This document shows, one piece after another, positions 47,697 through 60,167 of a DNA stretch of 64,000 nt. Source of the DNA: Anthoceros angustus (lineage: Eukaryota > Plantae > Anthocerotophyta); assembly GCA_010909165.1 (NCBI GenBank), contig MU008165.1, positions 1,488,001-1,552,000 of the forward strand, given 5' to 3'. The translations under genes and the position numbers were made by a program. Position 1 is the first letter of the stretch; the number at the start of each line of letters is the position of its first letter. The notes beneath the pieces were generated by a model that was not told the origin of the DNA, did not search any database, and saw nothing but the letters and a program-made list of their open reading frames with translations.

Positions 47697-48165
47697 GTGT
47701 GATACTAATCTCTACACTTGGGTTTAGTGTTTGATTAGCATTAATTAATCTAATCACTTATCTTTAAGAAAGTAATTAGTGTTAATTAATCTAAAGTGCT
47801 TATGTTAATTAAGCATTTATTAGTGTTAATTAATCTAAAGCGTTTATGTTAATTAAGCATTGATTAGTGTTAATTAAACATGGTTAGCAATAGCTAAGTC
47901 GATAAGCTCAAGTAATATGCTTTGGCATATTCCTTGCACATTATAGTGTATTCTTGGGATACAATAGCTAAGTGGATAAGCTAATATGCTTGGGCATTGC
48001 ACATTATAGTGTATTCTTAGGATATTTGGCATATGTGCACGATATCTGGATATCTTAGGAATATGCGATGCCAGGTCTAGTATATATAGACCCTTCCATT
48101 GAGGACAAGCTTAGATCATAGCTTGTCCTCTAGATGTCTGAGGGTGTTGTGAGGAGGCCAAAGCT
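47697..48165. repeat. Dispersed LTR-like repeat, copy 2, with internal duplications
   Basis: Homologous to 18496-18849. Confidence 0.7.
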
Positions 48166-48199
48166 ATGACTCAAGGCGATGTGAGGAATTTGCGTGTTG

Positions 48200-48830
48200 T
48201 TCTCGTGGGGAGGTGTGTTTGTGCCATGCGAGCTACTCCTCCTGTTATTGGTTTGCACCTATATATCTGCGTATTAGATTTGTTTGCTTGGTTGTTGGTC
48301 GAGGAAGTGCTTACCTCGTGCGACACCCTCTTCCAATTTTGGCCTCCTCCTTCCAATAGGTCCATTTGCAATGGATTGCAATCCACCTATCTCTCCTACA
48401 CCTGGTCTCTTGTCTCTGTATCCTTACCCACTAAACTCCCGACTTACAAACAATTTTTCGGTATCCTCTCCAAGTCTGGAAGACCCTTGCTTCCAATCTA
48501 TCTCCGCAACCATGTGTCTTTCAACTTTAGGATGATTATAGGTCATTTTTATGTGGGGTCTCATCATCTCAGGATTGAGACTGATAGATGACTGCATCCC
48601 AGGCCACCTAAGGAGACCAGAATATGTCGGTTATGCAATAGGGAAGTTGAGACAAAGGAACACTTTGTTTTCGTCTGCCCCATCTACGAGGATATCAAGA
48701 ATGCTTTTGCCAACTTATTCATAGCAGCTTGATCTTTGCTCCGAAATTTCTTCTCTTTTCCTGACCCTATTCTTACATGTGTTTCCTTGAAACAAATGTG
48801 GGATTACAGGGTAAAATACATCTAGTCTTT
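48200..48830 (+). mobile_element. 3' fragment of an RTEX/L2-like non-LTR retrotransposon
   Basis: FYVGSHHLRIETDR*..RICRLCNREVETKEHFVFVCPIYEDIK, a C-terminal CCHC domain. Confidence 0.75.
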
Positions 48831-49522
48831 CAACTTGCCATATATTTGACTTACTTCACACCACTGGTACTTACGAAATTCAGAATAGCGGTTAAACTTC
48901 AATATTTTTTCTGTATATATGTCCTTTCAGTCCCATAACGGAAATTCCGTCCTTAGTGGACTTTAACATTCTTTAAGCCCTGACGAGAATGCCTTGGTGT
49001 TGAGAACTGGTTTCCGGGAAGAAATCAGGGTAGAGGTTCCAATTTGCTAGAGCTCCGGTGCTGCCCATTCTGGCCGTACGTGCAGCATGTGCAAGAATCT
49101 CGCATCAAGTGTACAAAACGGAGGCATATCGTCTGAGTGTAATGATCTCCCCGTGTCAAGAGTTAAAACCCGCAATGTGGGAAACTCGGAGAGGGTTGTA
49201 ACTTATGTAGGAAAACAGGAGACTTCATAAATTTGCAGAAATGGAAATTCCCATCTACACCAAGGCGATGGGGAACAACCCTTGAACACAACCCACAGAG
49301 ACTCAGGGTACAAGGAATCGGACATTCTGCTTGCGTCAACTTGGCGAGGACGGGACGCTCGTCTTCTGAGTCACACCACACGGATGGCTCCTCCTCCTCA
49401 TCAAAGTAGAAACCGTAGAGAGGTAACTCCCAAGCGCACCCATCTTGCCTGGACGACTCCGATGTAAATAGGCGAAACACCCACACCATTCCCATGAGGA
49501 GAGCTGTATACCAATTATGCTG

Positions 49523-52124
49523 TCAAGCTGCAGCCTCCAATGGTGGAATGCTGTTGTCCACAGTTACAGAGGCTCCGGTAATTGCAGGTTCATCAGTTGC
49601 GTGGACAGTCAAGGCGAACAGATCCCTTGCAGCAAGAACCTCTTTGCCGAATGCACTTTTTGCTGCAAGAACCAAGTCCTGCACAGTGCCGGCACCTCTT
49701 TCCTGCAGGAAAGGGAAAGATAGTCACCGTAAAGGTGGTAAGTCCATACCCAGGTCCATGTCTGTTTCAAAAGACGACCTTTCGATGTGCGTTCTTACAC
49801 TGAAGCCATGAAAAGCACCCTCCAGTTTGCCACTGAAATGAGTCAACACCAACTTATCGGCATCCACCGCTTTTGCAAACTCCCCAGCCATAGCTGCACA
49901 TTTTGGACATCATGTGGAGGAGAAATGTCATCACAGTGAAAATATAGTTCAGTGATCACATCTCACAGATCGGACAGAGCTGGTGATAAACAGCAAGAGG
50001 ATATCAGTATAGTGCAGATTACTTGCTGTCGAGTGCCCCCGTGCTTTGGCTTCAGCTGCATCCTGCTCGGTCAAGGTAGCTTCATGGACTATAACATCTG
50101 CCCTTCTGGCGGCATTGATGAGAGACCTCGAGTCACATGTGTCTCCCAATATCACTGCATGTAAAAGATTAGATAAGTGGTAGAATTGAAGTGCATCATT
50201 GAAGCGAATCATCTTGAAGGAGAACTGGGGAAACTCTGGATGGCATTTACCTACTTTCCGACCTCTCCTAGCTTCTCCCAGAACATCCGATGGTTTAACC
50301 TATGAAGTGTGAGAGGATGAATGAGGAGACGACATTGTCAAGAAAAGCAAGACCTCTCACTGCTGCTCGGGTCTTCAGGTGGGTGCCTACCACTTTGCCG
50401 TTGCCTAGTGTGACAGAATGACCATTCTGTAGTTGGCTGAACATGGGTCCAGGTCTGACTCCAGCCTTGACGGCTCGCTCCACTGAGAACCTGGAGAAGA
50501 CAAATGTAGTTCTTCAGCAACGATGGATAGCGAAGCAGAGACACCCCGTTGCATGGAATTTAGTCTTCTTCTTCTTCTTGTTTTCTATAGCCCTACATAT
50601 ACCTGCCTGGACGAGAACGCTCCTCTACAACATAACCCCAACAAGGAATGGTATGAGCCAGAAGTCCAGCTTTCACAGTGTACCGATCGTCTTCATGCCT
50701 GCAAATTAACCAGGTGGACATTCTTGCGTGGGCAAACCCCTTCTCACCAATTACTGGACAAAGTACGTGTGGGAGACTTACACATGCCAGAGACCATCCT
50801 TTGATGATAAGATGTCTTCGCCGGGCAGTTCATCTTCATGTCTATCTCCTGCTAAGTTCCGAGTTGCTGCCCTCTTGAAAGACCTTCCCTGGCCAAAAAC
50901 AATATCATTGGCTTGAAAGTATTGATTGCATACATTGCATGCTTATCAACCAACAAACACAGTGCTACCCAGCGTTTGAAATGCTGCGGCTACCTCCTTC
51001 AACACAAGCTCATGAACCACGTATTTGGGAAACATCCGGGCCTGGCATGTCTTCAACGTTGTTCGTATCCACTCCCGCAGACCAACAGGTCCAAAGATAT
51101 TCACTGGCTTCTTGGTTGGTGGAGATAACATTCCTAAACTACAGAGAAGGCCTTGCTACAAACATCCAACAAAGAAGCACATGTTCAAGTACAAACCACC
51201 TACCTTGAGCTACTAGCCAAGCAACCCCTTTGCAAAAGACGCATACTCCAGGTTGGCACGAGATACATTTTATCAAATGAATGCATTATCAGATGCACAC
51301 CTGGAAGGCCAAATATCTGACACCAAACTGTCAAGGGGAAAACGCACGACACTACAACTAAGATGAAATGTAAAAATATCTCGCGGATTGAACAGAGGAT
51401 ACATGGTCACCATGCATGTGAGTGATGAACACATTGTCGATGGTGGTCTGCCGGAACGGAGTCCTTTGCAGCTGCCGCTGGACTCCTTCGCCACAATCGA
51501 ACAGAAATATTGTTCCGTCTGTGGGACCAGGGGACACTCATCAGCTACCATCAAAACAAGTAAAAGAGCTCCAAACAGAAGGGACAGCTTGTTTGCTTAC
51601 AAAGTCTAAGAGCAATGCATGAAGTGTTCCTAGTAATAGTTGGTGTTGATGCTGAAGTGCCTAGGAAAACAAGCTGCATCTGCCGATGATCCATCATACT
51701 GTCGGATGCGTCCAGATCCTCTAGCTGCTGCGCTTCTTCGTCTCTCCACTCTGCATGAAAAAAATATTTCTCCTCATATTCCAATCCACAGCAGCAGTGA
51801 GGTACATGGCATCGTAACCTAAGATACATACCGGGCTGTTTCGGGCTCAAATCCTTGTTCCGTGTACGCACAAGCTCCAGTCTTCGTCTCTGAGAGCCTT
51901 CATTCAATTCGGAACTGGTAAGAATCTCTGTCGGCTCACCAGTCTAATCAGGAGAGGCGCGAATTGCTACCTGCAGCGTCTCGAGGCGTGCTTGCATCCG
52001 TTTCCTGCCTCCCGGATCTCTCAGCAGAGCGAGTGTGACAGAGAGCGACTCCAGCCGACCAGGATTCGGAAGCGGAGGCGATAACGCGGCGCAGGCCGAG
52101 AGCTGTTAGACGCGGCAGCCTCAT
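49523..52124 (-). CDS. TRZ: Bacterial-type short tRNase Z (ELAC1-like) with an N-terminal organellar-targeting-like extension
   Basis: LVFLGTSASTPTITRN, FDCGEGVQRQL, THMHGDH, GP exosite GVRPGPMFSQLQNG, ILGDT, HEAT, GHST and LTHFS. Confidence 0.92.
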
Positions 52125-52324
52125 CGTCACAATGCTAGGAACGAATTGAATGGACTCGTACCCAGAGATGGTCTTGAGCGCGAACAATTACAGAGGCAAA
52201 CTAAAATTCTAGCCGAGCTCCAACTGGTTCTCAAGTCTGGGGGAGTGTATCACGTAAGGAGGTATTTCCGTTTCTGGAAGACATGATCCTAGAGGTACAA
52301 AGCTACGAAGAAGCTGCCAACTAG

Positions 52325-55300
52325 TCAGTCACACTTCAGCGCTCCAGCTATTGTGAGCTTCGTCCCTCCGACAGTCGTCGAGTCGGTGCACAAGCTGACC
52401 AGGTATTCCTTGTTCTCCAAACAGCACAAGAAAGTCGCCTGTTGGTCCTGCAGGGAATGGACATAGAGCGTTATCATGTGAGGCAATGGCAGGGCGAATG
52501 TCAGGCTGCGGATACTGCAGGATGAGGGGGATATCCGGCATACCATGGGCCAAGAGCTGAAGTCTTCCGGAGTGGTTTGGAGAATTTCTGCGGCTGCCTG
52601 GCCACGGCACATTGCCTCCGCTTCCACAGCATCCCCCAGTCCTGAGGAGTCGCAGAAGGAGATCTCGGACCAGAACATGTTGGCAACCTCCCTGCTTTCA
52701 CATGCTCGACAGCAGAAACCGCAGCTCCAGGTACCAGCGACAGTCTGAACAGAGCGCCCACATTTGGTGTGGGAGGGGACGATGTCCATTTTGATGGCCC
52801 TCACTCTCGTGAGACGTACTCTGCATACCTAGCCACAAATGGGAAGAGTGCCCGATATGAGCACCCGGAAGGTATGCCATGCCTCTGATCAACGGATTCA
52901 AGACAAGATATGGTTGTGAGGAGACCAGAGTGTGGAATGTGGGATAGGATACCTGCATGGCGCTGGAACCAGCCAGCTTGGAGACAGGCACGACTTCGTG
53001 CAGAGAAGATGAAGAAAGCAATGCTGGTAGCTGTGTGACGTTCACAAGCTTTGACCCATTGTCCCTCTCGTTCCAGATGCAATCCACCCTGGTCATCAAA
53101 ACAGCCCACATAAACAAATACAACACTGCGAGTACCCCTTACATCAAAAGTTTTATGTACTTGGCAAGAGCGAAGGAGCCTACCTCCCTGATGCACCCTG
53201 AACAGTTACGAGACCGGTGATGAATAGTAGATGACCACTCCAAATCTCGCATCCTGACCTACAGAAAAAATCAAACACGCCTTTCGGATCACCCATTCGA
53301 GTTCTAATCACATTCTAAATTGGCTCGGATTCCAAAAATTGATCACGAAAAGACAAATCCTCACCAGTAGTTTGGAAACAGGAGTTTGATGATTGTGAAT
53401 CCTGTCCTATCTGCTAGACTCAGAAGGAACGTCGATGGAGATCCACGGTCGGCGACAACTGAGACGACTTGACCATACAATGTCACATGTGACATTTTCA
53501 ACCTCAGATTTTCAATGAGCAGCTGAAGGAGAGATAGAAAAACATCAGTAAAGCCACTGAGGAACTGCGGCTCGTCAGACACCCTTTATCCCATCCAAAA
53601 GAACACCATGAGTTGAAGAAACTGCTTCAAGGGTGAGGAGTACCCTAAAGGGGAAGTTTGTGTAGTCAAGAGAGCCCTGCGAGTCTAGTGGAAGGGTCAC
53701 TTGCGACGAGCACATATTACCGGCTTCCCCCACAGATAGAGTGTAGGGAACATGACTTTGGCTTTGTGCGGCTCCAACAGTTACCTGTCAGCGTCGGGAA
53801 CAGAGACATATGGATCATGAGAAAGGAATGGAACGGCTTCATTCGGGAGGAGTCATCCTCATCTGATACTTACAATCCAGAAAGGTAAATGACAAGAGGT
53901 AGACAACCCACCTGTTCCTTGTTTGGCACGTATGGAACTGTGTAGATGCGAGTCCCACTTCCATGTTCCAAGCAAAACCCCCAAGGCGTTCTAATGCCGG
54001 TGTCACCGTCTTTTGTGAGGGAAGGTCGTTCAAGTGCAACCATACTGCCCTCGCTGCAAATACGCAGGTGATAAGATGGCACGGTATTGCCTGGGCTTCT
54101 TGCTGAATACATCAGACAACTGGATCTGACGCTTACCTCAGTAAGTTCACGAAGGATATCTGGTCATCCCAGAGAATGAACAGCATGGTGTCATCATTGC
54201 TGTCGCGAAGTTGTAGCTTTACTAATCTGCACTGTTCTGCAGATTCTACCGCACCGATGTTTTCCAACCTGCACTGAGGATGCCTCGGAGATCAATATCG
54301 ACCATGAGTGGAGCTTGCACAAAACTTAGTCCAGCTGTGAACCTGAATTACCTTGCATAAAAGCAATAGTCAGTTTGAGACTGAACTGGATCGGCCCTTA
54401 CGCAAGAAAACGTGTCAGAGAAGAACCGGGCCCCCAGCAAAAGTGCATCCTCATCGTGCTCCTGTCAAATTTGGTAGGTCACGCCCTTCGGATTGTCATT
54501 GACTCTCAAATCAATGCCGTTGTACTTAGGCACTGCAAGTCAGCCGGAACATACAATCTGTCTCTGTTTCAATCGCATGTCAAAGATTGCTAGTCGAGAT
54601 CAATTGTCTGGATCCCCACGAAGCAGTGCATACCTCAAAGAGCAGCAAGACCATATACTCCGTGGGCAGTAATCGAGGAGGGATAGACGCCGAATCCAGC
54701 GCGACGCGAAGACGGCAGCCCGTGAGCCGTATCTCTCTCTGCCGCCGAAGAGGTCCCCCTTCAGCAATCAGGTGATAGAATCTGCAGTGCCACAAATTCC
54801 CAACCAGGCCCTCAATTCCTCGTGCCTACCAATTCCTCGATTCCCCAAATCCAAGGACAATAAAAGGCGTCGGTCCTCACTTGCGGTGAAGATAAAGCTC
54901 CACGCTACTCGAGCTCCAGAAATCCCCCAGCTTCAGCAAATAGCTGCTTGTTCCTACAAAGCAGCACACTCAATCAATCCATCAGTCTCCCGCACCCAAC
55001 ACCGCACATCACTCCGACCCACATTTCCCTCTCCCACCCTACCAGGCAGGAGATGCACATCAAGGATCACAGCCTCCACCACCGCATCCAGCGCCACAAA
55101 CTTCTTCTCCAAAACAGAGTCAATGCTGACAGTCTTCTCCAGCCTGGGCCGCTGCTGCCCCCACTTCCTCTCCACCACGCCATCCCCATCAGCCCGCGCC
55201 TTGCCCGTCCTCCGCCTCTCCATGCTCTCCTTGTCCAGCCAAGCCTGGCCCCCAGTCCAGCCCCATCAACCAACCACCCTCCCACCCCGCCTAAACACAA

Positions 55301-55557
55301 TTGCCCCACCCACACCAAACTCCCACCTGATACAGATCCGAGAGCACAATCGCATCCGTCACCCCGCTGGGATAAGCCCGGCAGCAGTCCAACACCCGCC
55401 AGCAGACCCAGCCCCAGCCCACGGCCGCCGCCTCCCCATCCTCCCCTCCCACAAACTCCCCGAGCGTGCACCTCGCCGACTCCACGAACCGCAGAAACCC
55501 ATCCTCCTGCTCCTCCATCCCGCACACATTCAAACGCCTCTCCACCGCATCACACAT
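52325..55557 (-). CDS. Multi-OB-fold nucleic-acid-binding protein (Cdc24 OB-domain family, At3g17030-like), many exons
   Basis: YPSGVTDAIVLSDL, DFWSSSSVELYLHR and LTGCRLR..PRLLPTEYMVLLL. Family recalled, not searched. Confidence 0.72.
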
Positions 55558-55904
55558 GCCGCCAAAACCACAGCATCCCAACCTCAAGCTCCGGCCATGG
55601 CCGTCGCCCACAGCCAGCTCTGGTCAAGCTAACTGCAGGGGGTGGTTGTGTAGTTAACTTGAAGTGCCGCCATCATTTTGAACTTTGAGAAAAAGAGAGC
55701 GGGAAGCTCAATTTATCTCCCTCTTCCGCCTCCAGCCAAATTTCTGCACCAACACGGGCTCCAGGACAGAAGCACCTTCCCATGTAAGTGCTTGGGTTTT
55801 CTTTGGCACTGTCCGCGTCCCTCATGGGACATCCTCTCCATCCTTCCTCTCGGATCCTGGGTTGGTGAAATTGCGGCCCCTGGCTGCCATCTAATGCCTG
55901 TCGG

Positions 55905-58323
55905 ATGGAAGCGGTAGGGATGGCCACGCCTGGGAGCGATTCCCATTCCACCTTGCTCAAGCACAGAATGGAGAAGCCGGGTGATGAGTCCTCACCTCAG
56001 GAAGAGCAAGCTTCTGCGACGAAACTGGAGGCTTCGGCGCTGCTGAGATCCAAGAGGAGGCCCAAGAGGAAGCGCTCCCTGTTCGCCGTGCCTCTGGACG
56101 AGGCCGCCAAAGCCGGCCTGGTGGAGCAGTACAGGAAGGAGATGGCGGACCTGGTGAGGTTCTACAAGGAGGAAGAAGGGGTGAAGCTTCCGGGAGGGAG
56201 CGGCAGGAGACCAGGACAGGGCAGGGGCGAGGCGGGGAGATTGCGGTCTTGGTGGAGGAGAGTGTGTTGCCCTTCTCGGCTCTGGTGCAGCAAATCTGGG
56301 AGAAGCTCGGGGCGGGGTGACGCTGGCGGCTGTGAGGAGTAGCGTGCTGAGCATCGGGGAGAGGGTGAACTTCGGGCTGACGAGGGAGGACGCAGATGTG
56401 CTGGAGGACGCGTCGGAGGACTGTCTGTGGAGGTGGGAGGTGCGGGACGTGAAGTTGCTGCCGGCTGCGGCGAGGGGGGAGGTGGCGGACAGGAGGAAAA
56501 GGAGGAGGAAGATTTCCGAACGGCTTGTGGCCCTGGCGGCTGCGGTTGGGGCGCTCACGGCGGAGGAGACGGATCCGGCCTGGGTGAGCAAGACGAAGGA
56601 GGCGCTGGCCAAGGCGGATGATGAGGCGGCGATAAGGACCGCGGCTGTGGAGTGGAAGCAGAGGAGGGATGTGAGGAAGCAGGCCGTGGCGGAGGAGAAG
56701 GGGAGTAAGGAGGCTGAGAAGGCCAAGATGCGGGAGAGGAAGGAGATGGAGAAGGCGGACAAGGTGGCTGCGAAGGAGGTGAAGAGAATGGAGAGGGAGA
56801 AACTGGAGCAGAAGCAGAAGCTGGCGTTGCAGCGGCAGGCCGGGATCATGGGGAAGTTCCTGAAATTGAACAAGGAGAATGTCAAGCCTGAGGTGACGGA
56901 GTCGGCAGTGAATTCGACTTCCCCGCAGAGCAATAACAAACACATTGCAACTGAGGAAGAGCAGCAGGAGCAGGCATCGCAGGGGTGTGGGGCAGTATCA
57001 AGTCATGTGGAGATCATGGACAGGCAGATTGTGGATAATGGGGATCTGGATGTGGAGAATCTTTGGAAAAGTCATGTCTCGGCGTGGCACTCTCTTCCAC
57101 GCCGGGGGTTTGGGGAGAGGTGGGGGCTGCGTCGGAATCCCAAGGTGTCTCTCTTCAGGGAGCTGAGATTGCTTGGCAGTGGGGAAGGGCAGGGGAAGAG
57201 TAGTAGTGTGAGTCGGAAGAGGGATCGAGGCGAGTTTGAAGGCGGGGATTATGGGAACCAGGGCAAGGGTGAAGGTGAGAGTGGGGAGACTGACTGTGTG
57301 GAGGCGAGTAATGAGCCTGGGCTGGAGGATGGTTTGAGGCCCGGCGGTCTGAGAAAGTGCCAGAGGAAGAGGAGAAAGCTGCTGCAATTCGACAAGAGTC
57401 ACAGGCCGGCATACTACGGGTCGTTGTCTAAGAAGAGCGACGCTGTGAGTGCCCGTCGGCCGCTGAAGAAAGACTCCTTGCTGGACTACGAGGTGGAGAG
57501 CGATGAGGAGTGGGAGGAGGAGGATCCCGGGGAGAGTCTATCGGACTGCGAGAAGGACGAGGAGGATGACAAAGGTGAGGCGGAGGAGGAAGATGAGAGC
57601 TCGGACGGGTTCATGGTGCCGGATGGATACCTGTCTGAAAGTGAGGGAGTGCACCTGGAGGACATTGATTCTGATGACGGTGAGGAGACATCTTCCGCAC
57701 GTCCCAAGTCCGCTTCCGGGCTTCAACCTAACCTCAGCTCATCTTCCGACGAGTTCAACATCCATACATTCGAGAGGCTACAGAAGGTTCTGGACAATGC
57801 AACGGATCATGCAGCCAGATCCAACCGCCCGCTGCTCATCAGCATGCTAAGGAGGGAGCAGGGTACGGGCTCGGAGCCTGGTGGGGCACCTGCGGATCTC
57901 ACCAAGACGCAGCGCATGTGTCTTCAAGCTTTGAGGTGTCTCACCATATCACCAAAGGTACTGGTCGAGCCTCCAGAGGACCTGCTAGCCATCGCCAGCG
58001 TTCCACACATCGGTGCCAAACGAGGACGGAAGAAGCGAATTTTCGCTTGGTCGGACAGCGCCAATAAGGAATTTGTGCAGCTTCTCATGTCGTCCTCAGA
58101 CCAAGGTATGAAGAAGACCAAGGAGCTGCTCGTAGAGAAGTTCCCGCAGGCTCCCAAAGGCTTTCTGCATGCGAAGATCCATGAAGTGGCAGAGTACGTA
58201 GACAGCAAGTGGCAGCTCAAATCTGAAGTTCTGGAGCAACAGGGGCTCGCTATCCTGGATCCAACTAGTACTGCGATGCCTGTCAGCAAACCTCCTATTT
58301 CTTCCTGTAGGACTCCCTGCTAG
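55905..58323 (+). CDS. FAS1: Chromatin assembly factor-1 large subunit; intronless; two apparent -1 frameshifts at ~56190-56235 and ~56310
   Basis: LVEESVLPFS, LWRWEVRD, KER coiled coil, KLLQFDKSHRPAYYG, LDYEVESDEEWEEEDPGESLSD, DGFMVPDGYLSESEG and a winged-helix-like C-terminus. Confidence 0.93.
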
Positions 58324-58533
58324 TCATGAGCTTCAACACGTACGTAGTTTCCTCCTCATCAGACATTTCTTCCTTCTCGGTGGAACCATGCTGTTCCTCG
58401 CACAAGGCCCCTCCGTGCATTGTCTCCATTAATGTATCTGGACCTCAACATTTTATAACAATCACGCACGGATAACACTTTGTCTCTGTGCAACGACTGC
58501 CGTTCGGTGCTTGAAAGCTGCGACATTGCGCAG

Positions 58534-59006
58534 CTAAGGATCGAATGCCTCCGGAGGAGGAGGTAGGAGAGTCACTCCTCTCGTGTCCAGCAATTGAATC
58601 AACACAAGGTAAGCCACACCGAGCGCGACCGCAATGGCGCCGGTGACGATGGCCGTGGTTTGCCCCTTCTCCGTCTCCGCCCGCCGCTGTGCCTTCCTGT
58701 CAACAGCTGCTGGCTTCTGCTCAACAGGCGGCGACGCAACAGGCCCGGAGACCGTGCCATCTATCTCGCCTTTCTCCTCATCCTGCACCGCGCACAGCCG
58801 CGTCCGGCTTAGCCTCGTCTCCACTCTCTCCAGTCGTGCTGGGAGCCTGCAGCCATAGTCAGTATTCAGCGCCTCAAGGTCTCAGCTTCTGCGCTTTCCA
58901 CAAAAAAGCAGACACAGCAGCGCAAAACAAACCTAAATGCTCGGACAGGGAGAACCGCGCGCGACGATGGCAGGCATTGCAGGGTGAAGGTCGTCTGGGC
59001 CGCCAT
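58534..59006 (-). CDS. Small plastid single-TM protein of cyanobacterial type, 2 exons
   Basis: Transit peptide MAAQTTFTLQCLPSSRA and conserved TAIVTGAIAVALGVAYLVLIQLLDTRG..PPP. Confidence 0.75.
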
Positions 59007-59405
59007 CGCCACTAGACCTTGAAGAACAAGCGTTTGGTTGGCCACCTGTTTTTTCAGTTTCCGGAATCTGTTTCACGATAAAGAAGGTGGCGTCTTCCTA
59101 TATATAATTAGGTACCTGATTAATAGATTATTCTTCTACATAGGTATTACCTCAATCGGTTGTGATCCTGATAAGTTGTCCGTGTGAATGCGTGCAAGCT
59201 GGGACCTTTCCGTTGGCTTTCAGCCTGGCCTGCTCCCGGAAGAGAGAATTCGAGAGGATAATCCGGAGGCCCGTGAAAGAGCTGCGCGCGGGATGGTCGT
59301 TGTAGCTTGAATCGGAGTCCGACCACGGTGGAGGGTTTTGAACGATTTGTTTTCTTTCCGCAGCCTCGGCGAGGAAAGCTGAGCTGAGCGGAGAGACCGC
59401 CGGAG

Positions 59406-59925
59406 ATGGTGTGCGAGAAGTGTTGAGTTCTTGGACCTTGTGACTCTCTCATTCGTTTGTGTTTTGTTCGCAATTGATGTGTGGTATGTCGGTGCAATGG
59501 ATTTGCGTGCATGAGCTGAGGTTATGGGGAGGTATTGATATGCTCGTTTGTGGAAGCAGGTCAGAAGAAGCTAGGGAAGGTCATTGTTCCTGACAAGTGG
59601 AAGGATGGCGCGAGTAACACCACAGAAAGCGGTGGGAGGAAGTTGAACGAGAATAAGCTGCTGAGTAAGAAAAACAGGTAAGGAATCTGAGCAAGCACAG
59701 GTCCTGTGGTGGATTGGGGAGGTTTGAGGTTTTTTGAGGGTGGTTGACGAGGGTTTGCGTGATGTCAGATGGACGCCTTACGGGACTTCGAAGTGCTGCA
59801 TCTGCAAGCAGCAGCTCCACCAAGATGCCAAGTATTGTCAATCTTGTGCCTATAAGAAGGGAGTTTGTGCGATGTGCGGGAAGCAGGTTCTTGATGTGAG
59901 CAGTTACAAGCAGAGCAATGTGTAA
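59406..59925 (+). CDS. CRIPT: Cysteine-rich PDZ-binding protein, 3 exons
   Basis: MVCEKC|QKKLGKVIVPDKWKDGA..NENKLL..KCCICKQQLHQDAKYCQSCAYKKGVCAMCGK. Confidence 0.96.
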
Positions 59926-60167
59926 GCTTGAAGTGCAAGCTCACTGTATCATAGTTGGAGTGGTGGGACTGACGACAGTCGCTGCGCTTGCCACCAAGGC
60001 GCCTGCCTCCTTGCCAAGGAGGTTCAAGCGGCCTTTCACTAGGTATCTGCAGGGCAGAAGTGGTCAAGCTCGTGCAACAATCGCACGCTGCAGCTTTGTT
60101 GACCGCTATTGAAACCTATTGCTTCCAAAGGGTAGCTACTCCACAAAGAGCACTGGGACTAGGGAGT

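Noticed and set aside
18496-48165. The two LTR-like copies as ends of one 30-kb retroelement
   Set aside because: The copies are diverged, no TSD, PBS or PPT is seen, and ordinary intron-containing host genes lie between them.
49163-49495. 110-aa ORF just downstream of tRNase Z
   Set aside because: No recognisable domain; likely 3' UTR or intergenic sequence.
42625-52124. Functional linkage between the tRNA-Gln locus and the nearby tRNase Z gene
   Set aside because: They are 7 kb apart across TEs and the enzyme looks organelle-targeted; probably coincidence.
56180-56320. Programmed ribosomal frameshifting in FAS1
   Set aside because: Two successive shifts would be needed with no canonical slippery heptamer; G-run indel errors are the simpler explanation.
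54772-56945. Long ORFs of 246-328 aa opposite the Cdc24-OB gene and FAS1
   Set aside because: Antisense shadows of purine-rich coding sequence.
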